From positions 4,064,001-4,128,000 of the forward strand of contig OZ242383.1 in assembly GCA_965209155.1 (NCBI GenBank): a stretch of 64,000 nucleotides of DNA, read 5' to 3'. Position 1 is the stretch's first letter. Each line of letters begins with the position of its first letter. Below are positions 29,805 through 39,308 of the stretch, one piece after another. The translations under genes and the position numbers were made by a program. The notes under the pieces are model-generated. The model did no database searches and was not told where the DNA came from. It was given only the letters and a program-made list of their open reading frames with translations. Source of the stretch: a bacterium. Lineage in GTDB: Bacteria > SAR324 > NAC60-12.

Positions 29805-30799
29805 GGAGTGGGGATATTGTCCAGTATCATACGAATGACATTTTCCGTCGTGATGTCTTCCGCTTCCGCCTCATAGCTGAGGATGATCCGGTGTCTGAGC
29901 ACGTTGAAGCTGACGTCCTTGATATCCTGGGGGATAACAAATCCACGTTGGTTCAAAAAAGCATTGGCCTTGGCGCAGTGGAGCAAGGCAATGGAGGCTC
30001 GAGGAGAAGCGCCATAGGCAATCATCCCGTTCAACTCATCCAGGTGAAAGGTCGTTGGATTCCGAGTGGCATTGACTATGTTGACAATGTATTGCATGAG
30101 GGATACTTCAATATGAATACCTGCCGCCGCTTCCCGTGCAGAAAGAATGTCTTGGGACGCGACAACCGGTTGCACCGTTTCCGGGAAGGTCTCCATCCCC
30201 TTCAACCTTTTGATAATTTCCAATTCGTTTGCAGGACTGGGGTAATCCACTTTGACTTTCAACATAAACCGGTCCACCTGGGCTTCAGGCAGGGGATACG
30301 TACCTTCCTGTTCGATAGGATTCTGGGTAGCCAACACCATAAATGGCTTATCCAGGGCAAAGGTTTCCCCTCCAATGGTCACTTGCTGCTCTTGCATGGT
30401 TTCCAGCATGGCGGATTGTACTTTCGCAGGTGCCCGGTTGATTTCATCGGCCAACACGAAATTGGCAAAAACAGGTCCTTGTTTGATACGAAAGTCTTTT
30501 TTCCTCGGTTCATAAATTTGAGTACCGATGACATCGGCCGGCAAAAGATCGGGGGTGAACTGAATCCGGCTGAAGCTCACGTCAATGGCATCGGCCAGGG
30601 CTTTGATGGCGGTGGTTTTTGCCAGTCCGGGTAATCCTTCCATGAGCACGTGCCCATTGGCAATGAGCGCAATCAACAAACTGTCGAGCATCTCTTTTTG
30701 CCCTACAATCACTTTAGCCATTTCCTCGTAGAGAATTTCTAAAAAGGCACTGTTCGCTTTAACTTGTTCGCTGATTTTATCTATATTCTCGAAACTCAT
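29801..30799 (-). CDS. moxR: MoxR family AAA+ ATPase
   Basis: GLPGLAKT, RIQFTPDLLP, DEINRAPAK and NPIEQEGTYPLPEAQVDRF motifs. Confidence 0.93.
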   Translation of the reverse strand: MSFENIDKISEQVKANSAFLEILYEEMAKVIVGQKEMLDSLLIALIANGHVLMEGLPGLAKTTAIKALADAIDVSFSRIQFTPDLLPADVIGTQIYEPRKKDFRIKQGPVFANFVLADEINRAPAKVQSAMLETMQEQQVTIGGETFALDKPFMVLATQNPIEQEGTYPLPEAQVDRFMLKVKVDYPSPANELEIIKRLKGMETFPETVQPVVASQDILSAREAAAGIHIEVSLMQYIVNIVNATRNPTTFHLDELNGMIAYGASPRASIALLHCAKANAFLNQRGFVIPQDIKDVSFNVLRHRIILSYEAEAEDITTENVIRMILDNIPTP

Positions 30800-30817
30800 A
30801 GTTGTTGTTTTTCCCTG

Positions 30818-31777
30818 TCAAGAAGGATTCGCGAGCAAAATTTCAAGATGAGATTGAATACATTCGGCAAGCGCCTGGTAATGGTAACCGCCTTCCAGGA
30901 CGCTTACCATCCTCCCTCCCGCAAAATGATGGGCCAGTTCCTTGATTCCATTCAGCATCCCGTTGAATCCCTCGACTGTGAGCATTTCCTGGGCCAGGGG
31001 GTCATCGCGATGGGCATCGAATCCCGCGGAAAGGATGATGAAATCCGGACGATATTCTCGAAAAGCCGGCAAAATCTTATGGACGAAAACCTGGTGGTAG
31101 GCCTCATTGTCGGAATAAGGAGGCATCGGGCAATTGAGCGTATAACCTTTTCCTTCACTGCGTCCTCTCTCGTTTGCAAAACCGGTTCCCGGATAGCAAG
31201 TCCGCGGGTCTTGATGAATGCTGCAAAAAAACACATCGCTTCGCTCCTCAAAAGTATGCTGGGTGCCATTGCCATGATGAACGTCGAAGTCAAAAATGAG
31301 CACCCGTCGATATCCTCGTTCCCGGATTAAGAATTCAGCGGCAATGGCCACATTGTTGAAATAGCAAAAACCCAAGGCCTGGTCGTATTCCGCATGGTGT
31401 CCGGGAGGACGGACTGCGCAGAAGGCATTGTCCAGCTTTTCATCGGCCACTTGATCGACTGCTTCCAGCACCGTACCCGTAGCGCAGCGGGCCGCTTCGA
31501 AGGTTTGCCTGGAGAGCAGGCAATCTTTGGTTCCCAAATACCTGACGCCCTCCGCGCATGCTGCTTCGACGGACCGTATGTAATCCAATTCGTGAATCCT
31601 CTCTATTTCTTTGAAATCCGCTTTCCGGGATGGCATTTCCCGCAATGCCTTCAGGGTGCCATTGTTTCGCAAAGCATCCATTAAAAATTGCAATCGTCCC
31701 GCATTTTCCGGATGATGTCCGGTGTCGTGCTGTAGTGAAATCGGGTCAAAATAAAATCCGGTACGCAGTGTCATCAA
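30818..31777 (-). CDS. Histone deacetylase family protein
   Basis: HPE, RPPGHHA, GFCYFNN, DFDVHHGNGT, SAGFDAH and LEGGY motifs. Confidence 0.95.
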   Translation of the reverse strand: MMTLRTGFYFDPISLQHDTGHHPENAGRLQFLMDALRNNGTLKALREMPSRKADFKEIERIHELDYIRSVEAACAEGVRYLGTKDCLLSRQTFEAARCATGTVLEAVDQVADEKLDNAFCAVRPPGHHAEYDQALGFCYFNNVAIAAEFLIRERGYRRVLIFDFDVHHGNGTQHTFEERSDVFFCSIHQDPRTCYPGTGFANERGRSEGKGYTLNCPMPPYSDNEAYHQVFVHKILPAFREYRPDFIILSAGFDAHRDDPLAQEMLTVEGFNGMLNGIKELAHHFAGGRMVSVLEGGYHYQALAECIQSHLEILLANPS

Positions 31778-32526
31778 ACCTCCTGAGATTTTGGTAGAGA
31801 TTGGTATTTATTGACAATCCAGATCGAGGATTTTTTCTGTTGGGAATCAATCGTTTTGACTGCGAGGGAAATTCGATTTTCCGGATTGAGGGCTTGCCAG
31901 AAGTTATCGCCAACCTGTTCCGCGCTTCCCTTCAGTGTGACCAGGAACGGACTCCCTTCGAAGGAGGGAAGTGGATCGCCATCCTGCTGGTAGGTGGTAA
32001 TGGCGTAACCGTATCCCGATTCGATGGTCTGATAACGAAAAAAATGATGTTCCGAATGATTGCCGTCGAAAGGATTGGCTTTGATGATGGAAATCACCAC
32101 CTTTTCCTCGTGATTTCTTAAATCGATACACCCGGATATGCGCGGGGTGAAATGGGGCGCATCGGGTTCGTGGGCCTGCGTGAGCAAAGCGCTTTCAAAA
32201 GATTTTCCCTGCGCGATCCACTCACAAACCATGTCCGTTTGCTCACCATTGGTCACGAGGTAGCATTGGTCGATCTCATTCATGGCATTGTAGAAGATCA
32301 GGGAAGCATCCCCGATTCTTGACGGATCTGCCGCTTGCGTTTGCAGGATTTGCTGGTCTTGCCTGAAAATGCGGTTGCGGCTGTTCTCGCTGCGCCCCAT
32401 GATCCAGTAAACTTGCACCCATTGGTTCTCTGAATTTTTACCCAGAACTATACCTCGCCCCGGGTAGGCGTTGTGGACCAGACGCGTGTTCCAATGCTCG
32501 GCCAGTACGGAAAGGTCGAGAGGCAT
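31774..32526 (-). CDS. IMP cyclohydrolase (PurO-type, Ntn fold)
   Basis: YPGRGI, YWIMGRSENSRNR, VTNGEQTD and EPDAPHFTPRISG motifs. Confidence 0.85.
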   Translation of the reverse strand: MPLDLSVLAEHWNTRLVHNAYPGRGIVLGKNSENQWVQVYWIMGRSENSRNRIFRQDQQILQTQAADPSRIGDASLIFYNAMNEIDQCYLVTNGEQTDMVCEWIAQGKSFESALLTQAHEPDAPHFTPRISGCIDLRNHEEKVVISIIKANPFDGNHSEHHFFRYQTIESGYGYAITTYQQDGDPLPSFEGSPFLVTLKGSAEQVGDNFWQALNPENRISLAVKTIDSQQKKSSIWIVNKYQSLPKSQEV

Positions 32527-32542
32527 TTTAATCCTTGTCCTG

Positions 32543-33178
32543 TTATTGAGGCTGGAAACTGAGATGACGAGATGCCCCACTGCAATAGCGTAAATCCGAT
32601 CGTTTCAGGACGGGTTTCCAGCCTGTTTCAAAATTATGTTCTCGCAAATAATCCCGCACTTCTCGAAACATCTCGAAATCATTCGCATCCACCCAAAAGA
32701 AAAAGTAAAACTCGCTGGGAGAGTATTGACTGATAAGCGCATCCAGGGTTTCGGCCCGGTGCCACCATTCCCCTGCCTGGGGCCGGGGTTGAAAGTCCAG
32801 ACAATGCCAGAAGTGCGTGTAAATGAGCAATTCCACGTCAAACTCCGCAAAGGAAAATTTTTTATCGGGCTCATCGGTGAATTGCAGGGAATCTTTCAAT
32901 TTTTGATAAACCAGGGCACGGTCAAAGTAAAGCAAATGGTTGTCTCGGATCAAGAACAAGAGGCTCGATTTTTGTGAGTAGTGAGTCCAGGGAATCTCTA
33001 TTTTCTGGTTGACCAGCAAATCCACCTTTTCCTGTTGTGGTATGGGATCATCCGGGTCCAATAAGGAGACAAGGGCCATGAATACCGTCAGGATCACTAA
33101 AATACCCACGCTGTTGGAAACGATATCCACCAGTGAATCCAGTCCCAAAGGCGATATTCCAAATTTTCGTTTACGCAT
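32543..33178 (-). CDS. ExbD/TolR-like bitopic membrane protein (Asp-containing TM)
   Basis: Basic N-terminus, LDSLVDIVSNSVGILVIL TM, soluble C-terminal domain; in an operon with an ExbB-like gene. Confidence 0.55.
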   Translation of the reverse strand: MRKRKFGISPLGLDSLVDIVSNSVGILVILTVFMALVSLLDPDDPIPQQEKVDLLVNQKIEIPWTHYSQKSSLLFLIRDNHLLYFDRALVYQKLKDSLQFTDEPDKKFSFAEFDVELLIYTHFWHCLDFQPRPQAGEWWHRAETLDALISQYSPSEFYFFFWVDANDFEMFREVRDYLREHNFETGWKPVLKRSDLRYCSGASRHLSFQPQ

Positions 33179-33181
33179 GTT

Positions 33182-33694
33182 TCAACTTTCAGACTGGTAT
33201 GGAATTTTCCAATGAGGCATCATGGGTTCCAGACCTGCATTGAGTCCATCAATTTGCTCGATGAGCAGCATGAGGATTTCCGCAGTAATGACGCCATCCG
33301 GATAAATCAACAGCAAGGGATAGTGTTCCGTGGATCCGAATGAACGTTTGATGCGTTGATTTTCTGACACCACGCGTCTCAGGTAACGACTCAAGGGACC
33401 ATTATTCAGCTGTATTTCCGCCAGCAGTGCCTGAAAAGGAAGGCGAAAGTCTTTTCCCTGGAACAAATCGTAAAAAACAATCTCGTCTTGAAAACATCGA
33501 ATGTACACAGGCTTCACGTAGTCAGGCGCTCCCACCCATTGAAATTCGACGACTTGCCTGTCGATCTCCGGAAGATTGGACTGTTTCAGTAGCAACAAAC
33601 TGACGGCGATGAAAGCCAATACGCCCATGATACAAATCAGGACGCTCAGGAATGGAAATAAAGACGTGAGTGGGAGTTTACTTCTTCGTCTCAT
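33182..33694 (-). CDS. ExbD/TolR-like bitopic membrane protein (no TM Asp)
   Basis: MRRRSK...SLFPFLSVLICIMGVL TM; LLIYPDG; start overlaps the ExbB-like stop. Confidence 0.55.
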   Translation of the reverse strand: MRRRSKLPLTSLFPFLSVLICIMGVLAFIAVSLLLLKQSNLPEIDRQVVEFQWVGAPDYVKPVYIRCFQDEIVFYDLFQGKDFRLPFQALLAEIQLNNGPLSRYLRRVVSENQRIKRSFGSTEHYPLLLIYPDGVITAEILMLLIEQIDGLNAGLEPMMPHWKIPYQSES

Positions 33695-35013
33695 GAAGAT
33701 CCTTCCCGATCCTTATTCGATTCCGGGGGAGGCGGCTTAGCAGGAAAGTCGTCGACCCGGGGAGATGCTGAAGAACCGATGTCCACCGCAGCGGCCATCT
33801 GATTCGCATTTTCCGCTGAGGAAGAATCAACGGCCTTTTGCGCAATTGGAACCATAGAGGGATCTGAAGATTCCGCCTCACCGGGTATTTCCGCACCAGT
33901 CTGAGGCTGTTCGTTTGCCTTCAAAGTTGGATCCGTATTTTCAACCATTGCGTCCTTCGTCGTAAAAAAGGCCTCACTGAACTCCCTCACCATCGGTTGC
34001 AGACCTTCGATCTGGTGCTTCAGACTTCCGGCATAGTTCGTTACCGAATCGATCAGCGGTTCGAGCCGGGCGATCCAGTTGCCGGAAAGTTGCATGATTT
34101 TTTGCATGTGCTCGTCAAAGGCTTCCCGTTCCACTTCGGATCCGGGGATGATGTGCAGGTGGGGTAAAACTTCCTCCAGACAGTACTCTTCCATCATGAG
34201 CAACAGGTCCTCCTCGGCTTTTCGCAGGAAGGAACTGAGGACCATGATGGGAATCACGCACATCAATGCCAGGAAGGTCGTATTGAACGCCAGGGAAAGG
34301 CCGCTGGTCACCCCTCCCAGGGCAGAGCGCATTTGCGTGCCCAATTCCACTGAATTGACTGAGCGAATGAAACCGGAAAATTCTCCAATCGCTTCTCCGA
34401 TACCAAATACCGTGCCTATGAATCCAAGTATCGGAATGGCCCAAATGAAGACGTTGAGCATCGAATAACTGTTTTCGGTGCGATTGAAATCGATTTGGGC
34501 CTGGTAGTCGAAGATCTTGTTGATTTCTTCCTTTTTGGGAATGGCTTTGATGTGATGAAAAATCCTCCGGATACGACGAAAAATCACGCTGTTCTGGTAT
34601 TTTTTAATTTTTTGTTCCTGCAAAAATTCACTGATTTCGCCAAGACATTCATCCGCAGTACGAACATAAATTCCTTGAGAAAGGATCGAATTCATTTTTT
34701 GATTACGAAACTGTTGAAAGGCCCGGTTTTGTTCACGGTAGCGGAAGTATTTCAAGACAATCATAAACAACGACCAGGCCGTCAACGCAGTGATGATTTC
34801 CGAAATTCTTCCGGAAAACAATTCCCGGACCTGGTAGTATTCCGAAACAGGCAGGTAAAGGATATAGAAGAATCCGGTTACGGTCAGCCCCAGCAGTAAC
34901 GCCTTCAAGACATCCATGTATTCGGTTGTTTTATCCTGGGGAAGATAGGCGCCGCAGCCTTGACAATAAACGGCGACGTCCTCATTCTTCATCTTGCAGT
35001 TGAGACATTTCAT
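33691..35013 (-). CDS. MotA/TolQ/ExbB proton channel family protein with N-terminal zinc ribbon
   Basis: CLNC...CQGC, IPILGFIGTVFGI and LSLAFNTTFLAL motifs; helical and disordered C-terminal tail. Confidence 0.85.
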   Translation of the reverse strand: MKCLNCKMKNEDVAVYCQGCGAYLPQDKTTEYMDVLKALLLGLTVTGFFYILYLPVSEYYQVRELFSGRISEIITALTAWSLFMIVLKYFRYREQNRAFQQFRNQKMNSILSQGIYVRTADECLGEISEFLQEQKIKKYQNSVIFRRIRRIFHHIKAIPKKEEINKIFDYQAQIDFNRTENSYSMLNVFIWAIPILGFIGTVFGIGEAIGEFSGFIRSVNSVELGTQMRSALGGVTSGLSLAFNTTFLALMCVIPIMVLSSFLRKAEEDLLLMMEEYCLEEVLPHLHIIPGSEVEREAFDEHMQKIMQLSGNWIARLEPLIDSVTNYAGSLKHQIEGLQPMVREFSEAFFTTKDAMVENTDPTLKANEQPQTGAEIPGEAESSDPSMVPIAQKAVDSSSAENANQMAAAVDIGSSASPRVDDFPAKPPPPESNKDREGSS

Positions 35014-35235
35014 AACATTTTAAAATGGGACAAGGATCTTTGTGAATGCAGGAGGTTTTTGCAGTTAAAATGCCACTTTGATAATGCGGACAGGATTTAA
35101 ATTCTACTATCAGGAGGCATGGTAGGTCAAGACAATTGCCCGTATTTCCCAAATGCAATGTTCGTGAAGACGTGGAGAACGGGCGCGTCCTTTCAATAGG
35201 CTCTTCTCATCGTCTTCACGTGAAGGGTTGAGGAA

Positions 35236-36345
35236 TCACAGTTCCACAAAAATGGAATCGGGATGGAAAGCCAGCCAGGCAAAAGCGAAATGGACGCCGA
35301 AGTTCACCGGGGTGAGTTGGGATTGCAATTGCTCCCCGCTGAACCCCTGTCCCAGGGAATTCCAATTCCTGTTCTCGACAGTATCCCGCAATTCGGAACC
35401 GTCCCAGGTAAATTTCAATTGCTCCGGATTTTCCCAAACCGTCACTTGATCCACCAGCACTGAATTCTCAATGCTTCTGCCATCCAGGGCGGAGTTGGCC
35501 GAGGAGAGATTCAAAATCAGCAATTCTTCTCCATCCGCGCCTTCAAACCCGGCCCATTTTTTCCCGGCAACCGCGTCCAAAGGGAGGGTATAAAAGGAAC
35601 CATTCCATTCAATTCCGATCACCCGGGAAAGGGGAGGGAGTCTGGAATCTACCGGATTTCGCATCAAAAAAGGCGTCTGGGAACTATCGTAGCCGACGTA
35701 AGGATTTTGCCCGTAGGGTCGATAGTGTCTGGTTTCCTGGGAAAGGACCATTCCTTGCGGAAAAATGTTTTTGAATGCTCCAAAAGAAATGGCAGGGGAT
35801 GGTAGCATTTCCAAAGAAGTTCCCACCGCATCGCCGACTATTGCCTCTCCCGTCAATTGCTGCCACCAGGATTCGGTGGTGTGGTCCCACATCACCATAT
35901 CGCTGTTGCGTAATTTACCACTGACGCCAAATTTATGATTTTTCCCCTGGAAATGGGTATTGAAAATAATGGCGCTGTTGCAAAGCGGACAAAAAGTCGC
36001 AATGAATGATTTATCGTCAATCTCGTCGTTGACGATTTCATGCCAGATCAGGATGCGATAAGGATAAGCCCGTACTTCCTCTCCTTGTTGATGGACGAGC
36101 ACGGGTTCGGAATCCGGCAACCATTCCGATGCTTCTTCCACACTCTGAAAGCTCGGCTCGTATATCGGAGGAATGCCATCCCGGGGCGGACCTCCGGATA
36201 TAATTTCTTCAAAAGGAACTGTTTTTTTATCAAAATTCGTGTTGGTCCATCCTTCTCTTTTCCAATTACTACTGAAGCGGTCTTCTGCCTGTGAAAAAGC
36301 CACCAGCGGCCAAACCAATGCTATTAAAATCCATCCTATCCTCAT
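35236..36345 (-). CDS. DUF3179 domain protein, exported
   Basis: GGPPRDGIP, RAYP..ILIWHEIVND, FCPLC, FGVSGKL and WLAFHP motifs; AAGGAG before ATG 36345. Confidence 0.9.
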   Translation of the reverse strand: MRIGWILIALVWPLVAFSQAEDRFSSNWKREGWTNTNFDKKTVPFEEIISGGPPRDGIPPIYEPSFQSVEEASEWLPDSEPVLVHQQGEEVRAYPYRILIWHEIVNDEIDDKSFIATFCPLCNSAIIFNTHFQGKNHKFGVSGKLRNSDMVMWDHTTESWWQQLTGEAIVGDAVGTSLEMLPSPAISFGAFKNIFPQGMVLSQETRHYRPYGQNPYVGYDSSQTPFLMRNPVDSRLPPLSRVIGIEWNGSFYTLPLDAVAGKKWAGFEGADGEELLILNLSSANSALDGRSIENSVLVDQVTVWENPEQLKFTWDGSELRDTVENRNWNSLGQGFSGEQLQSQLTPVNFGVHFAFAWLAFHPDSIFVEL

Positions 36346-36524
36346 ATCGGCTCCTTTGAGATTGGTGCAACTTCCATACTTTTGTAAATGTCTTTTGATC
36401 CGAAAATTTATTACATCGATCCCCTGAGATTTCATGCAATAAACCACCTTGCATTCATTTCGAGCAATACAAAAACCAAGAAAGGGTGAGTTGGTAAGAG
36501 AGCGGGGTTGTCTCCTCCAGTAAA

Positions 36525-36992
36525 TCAATACTTCCCTGTGTGAGAATAAATAGAATCCAATCCCACGTTACGCAGCATTTCTATTTCCACCGCCAACATT
36601 CTCTTTTCCTCTTCAGGAGAACGTTCATGGTCGTAACCGACCAAATGGGCGCACCCATGAGCCAGCAAGCGGAGCAATTCAGCCTCTTCGGACCATCCAT
36701 TATTACGTGCCTGTTCTTTAACGCGGTCCATGGAAATCACGATTTCTCCAAGCATCTCGCTCTCGGGATCATTCTCCCAATAAGACCAGGCAAGAACGTC
36801 GGTGGGTGCGTCCTGATCGCGGTAGTATCGGTTCAATTCCCGGATTTCATGGTCATCCGTGACATAGAGCGCAATGGCGCGTTCCGCGAAACCAAGGGTT
36901 TGCAAAAAACACTGCAGACAGGCCTTCAATTTTTTTATCGAAAGCGGCAGGGAGGTTGAAGTGGACCAGGATATGTCTGTCTTTTCCTTCAT
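36525..36992 (-). CDS. ybeY: rRNA maturation RNase YbeY
   Basis: LNRYYR..DAPTDVL, LGEIVIS and HGCAHLVGYDH motifs. Confidence 0.93.
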   Translation of the reverse strand: MKEKTDISWSTSTSLPLSIKKLKACLQCFLQTLGFAERAIALYVTDDHEIRELNRYYRDQDAPTDVLAWSYWENDPESEMLGEIVISMDRVKEQARNNGWSEEAELLRLLAHGCAHLVGYDHERSPEEEKRMLAVEIEMLRNVGLDSIYSHTGKY

Positions 36993-37145
36993 GTTGTTGA
37001 AGAACGGACTAATGGGCGCGAGTGCGCAAGGTACAAGAGGACGGATCAAGCGCTTTGTGGAAAAGATACAACAGTCTGAAACAAAAGGAAAAAGTTATTG
37101 GTAATCCGGAATTCCCGGTCTTTCATGACTTTCAATAACCCGGCT

Positions 37146-37517
37146 TCAGCCACGTTCCCTTCCTTCGGAATCCTTTGGGAGCTTGCTATCACAAGCACGG
37201 TGGTCCGCGATGAAGCGATAGATTTTTTTGCCCATGAAACGTACGAAGGCCATTCTCAACAGAAAAGAGAGAGGCTTCAGCAGCGGAGTTTTTCCGGCAA
37301 TTTGCAGGTATGCATCGTAACCGTAAAACAGTGTCTCGTCGGAGAGGGCGTAGAGGTCGCGATATCGATTCTGCAGGGCATCGGCATCTCGCGTGAATCG
37401 CTCCATTTCCGCTGCTTCCTGGTAGACGACCTCGGGAGTAGACATTTTGGCAAGTAGGGATACGACCCTGCAACAGAATCCACATCGCTCATCATAAAAC
37501 ACAATCAATCGCGCCAT
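37146..37517 (-). CDS. DCC1-like thiol-disulfide oxidoreductase (DUF393)
   Basis: FYDERCGFC (DxxCxxC) and YRFIADHR motifs. Confidence 0.88.
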   Translation of the reverse strand: MARLIVFYDERCGFCCRVVSLLAKMSTPEVVYQEAAEMERFTRDADALQNRYRDLYALSDETLFYGYDAYLQIAGKTPLLKPLSFLLRMAFVRFMGKKIYRFIADHRACDSKLPKDSEGRERG

Positions 37518-37741
37518 CGGAAGACCTTGGCCAGAACGTACCGGTTGAACACTTTTCACTTAAATTTTTTCCAGTGCCAGTCCTGCAATCTGAAAAACAG
37601 AGGGATCCAGTCAGACAGAATGAGACATGAATATATTGATCTTTATGCAATTTTTTTCTCAATTGCATTGATTTACCTAAGTTTGGGAAAAGCATTTAAT
37701 AAATTCAATATGTTTTGAAATCTTCATATCTTGATAAACCT

Positions 37742-37852
37742 TGTCATTCCTGGCTTGACCAGGAATCCAGGGGTATGCGGCTAGCCGGAAATCTGGATTC
37801 CTCCCGGTCCCGGATCATCTCGGACTCGATCTGGGACCAGGATGATCCGGAA
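37742..37852. repeat. Palindromic MITE/REP-like repeat at the left edge of the second island
   Basis: TGTCATTCCTGGCTTGACCAGGAATCCAG...CTGGATTCC and CCGGATCATC...GATGATCCGG share cores with the copies at 7466, 8945 and 24231. Confidence 0.8.
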
Positions 37853-37949
37853 TTGAGCGAAGATGACAAATACACTGGGATACTCCTATTTTTGAAGAGT
37901 AATGTCATACTCAGGTTGATAACTTTGCAGGAGATAGCGGGTGAAAGTT

Positions 37950-38342
37950 TCAAATGGTGGAATTTCCGGGGGTGGCATGTTTAGAATTCCGGAAATAAAC
38001 TCTGCGGATACTATCCAAAATGGTTTGGGGCAGTTCCTCGCCAAAGTTTTCGGTTCCATGGGTTTTGCTGTTTCCGAACAGACCGGCATAGACAAGTTCT
38101 CCATTTGTTTCAAAACTCACGGAAAACACCCACCTGGATTCTTCGTGCCATTCAAAGGCAACCATGCCATCAGGCTCCACGGCAACTTCCGGTGCGGGGA
38201 TCGTGTCAGGTAGCATATCAAGAAATCTCAGCGAATGTTCGTACGATTGGTTATTGACACTTTTGGCACCGTAACCATCCCAATCGTCCTCACTGCATTC
38301 TGCGACGGCGTTCCACAATACCCGACGTGTTTCTTGGTACAT
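37950..38342 (-). CDS. Hypothetical protein (WDGYGA-motif family)
   Basis: DWDGYGA...RFLDMLP..P.PEV...PDG.VAFEW; GGAGG upstream of ATG 38342. Confidence 0.65.
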   Translation of the reverse strand: MYQETRRVLWNAVAECSEDDWDGYGAKSVNNQSYEHSLRFLDMLPDTIPAPEVAVEPDGMVAFEWHEESRWVFSVSFETNGELVYAGLFGNSKTHGTENFGEELPQTILDSIRRVYFRNSKHATPGNSTI

Positions 38343-38385
38343 TGATTCTATCCTCCAAGTATGGCTGTGATGTCTGGTGGCAATG

Positions 38386-39051
38386 TTATTTAAAAATACC
38401 TGGCCGAATGCGCTTGAGGAGTTGTCGCCAACCAAGCACGTCTGCGGCACGGGCTAAATCAATTGCCGTTGAATATGCTTGGGCCACGGTTTCGACCTGA
38501 TCCGGGATTTCGGGGGCTTGAATTTCTAATCTCGTGAAAGGGGCTGCTTCGTCTCCGGAAGGAAGTCTGGCAAATGGATTTTTACCCAAAGGCGGTTTCT
38601 GTAGCTTGGGTACTTGATGGTGTGCATGGAGCAAATCTTTGATTTTTTCATCAAATTGACTCTCATCCCTAAAGTCGATACCAAACCGTGGTCCTAAAAA
38701 TACCGGCATATTTTCTTTTCCTGAAGCCTGACGAATTATAGGAATGAACTTATTGGTTCCCAAGACCTGAACAAGCTGAGCCGTTACAATGAGCCTTTCG
38801 TATCCGACTCCACCCTCACCGGCACTCGCCTTTCTCACGTAACTGTCCGTACAAATAACCAATACCCTGTCGAAACTCTTGACGCCAACTTCCATGAATC
38901 GGGTCATGTCATCTCCCGGATGGAGGTCCCACTGGTCGAGTATAACATCAATGCCTTTTAGACGCAGTTTTGCGCCAAGTTCTGATACCCACTGTTTATG
39001 AGTTGGTGAATCGTGGTAATATGAAATAAACACCTTGGGATGTTCTGGCAT
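38386..39051 (-). CDS. SEFIR/TIR domain protein (possibly C-terminally truncated)
   Basis: PKVFISY.HD, GIDVILDQWDL.PG and GGVGYE (conserved Glu). Confidence 0.88.
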   Translation of the reverse strand: MPEHPKVFISYYHDSPTHKQWVSELGAKLRLKGIDVILDQWDLHPGDDMTRFMEVGVKSFDRVLVICTDSYVRKASAGEGGVGYERLIVTAQLVQVLGTNKFIPIIRQASGKENMPVFLGPRFGIDFRDESQFDEKIKDLLHAHHQVPKLQKPPLGKNPFARLPSGDEAAPFTRLEIQAPEIPDQVETVAQAYSTAIDLARAADVLGWRQLLKRIRPGIFK

Positions 39052-39308
39052 TTTTGACTCCCGTTTTGTTAGGAACGAATCACAACATCAATCTTTTCAT
39101 AACGTGTTGCAGATAGATATTTTTCTCCAAAGATATTAACTGATCCAGGGTAGATCCTCAAGGGGATGTCCCAATCGATAAAAAGAGAACAACAGTTAGC
39201 TCTCTTTGAGATTGACTCTTTGAATGTCGTTTGCTATATTTTGGATTGTTACTCACTATAGTAGTCAGGCGATAATTTTTGGAAAAGTTTGACACCAGGA
39301 GACCTAAA

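Noticed and set aside
26931..35013. Zorya (ZorA/ZorB) made from the ExbB-like and OmpA/MotB genes
   Set aside because: The genes are about 6 kb apart on opposite strands in housekeeping context, with no ZorC/D/E.
35163..35238. SECIS/selenocysteine readthrough at the DUF3179 TGA stop
   Set aside because: The TGA falls after the natural family C-terminus and the CPLC motif uses Cys. The CGTGAAGACG/CGTCTTCACG hairpin is more likely an ordinary intergenic stem.
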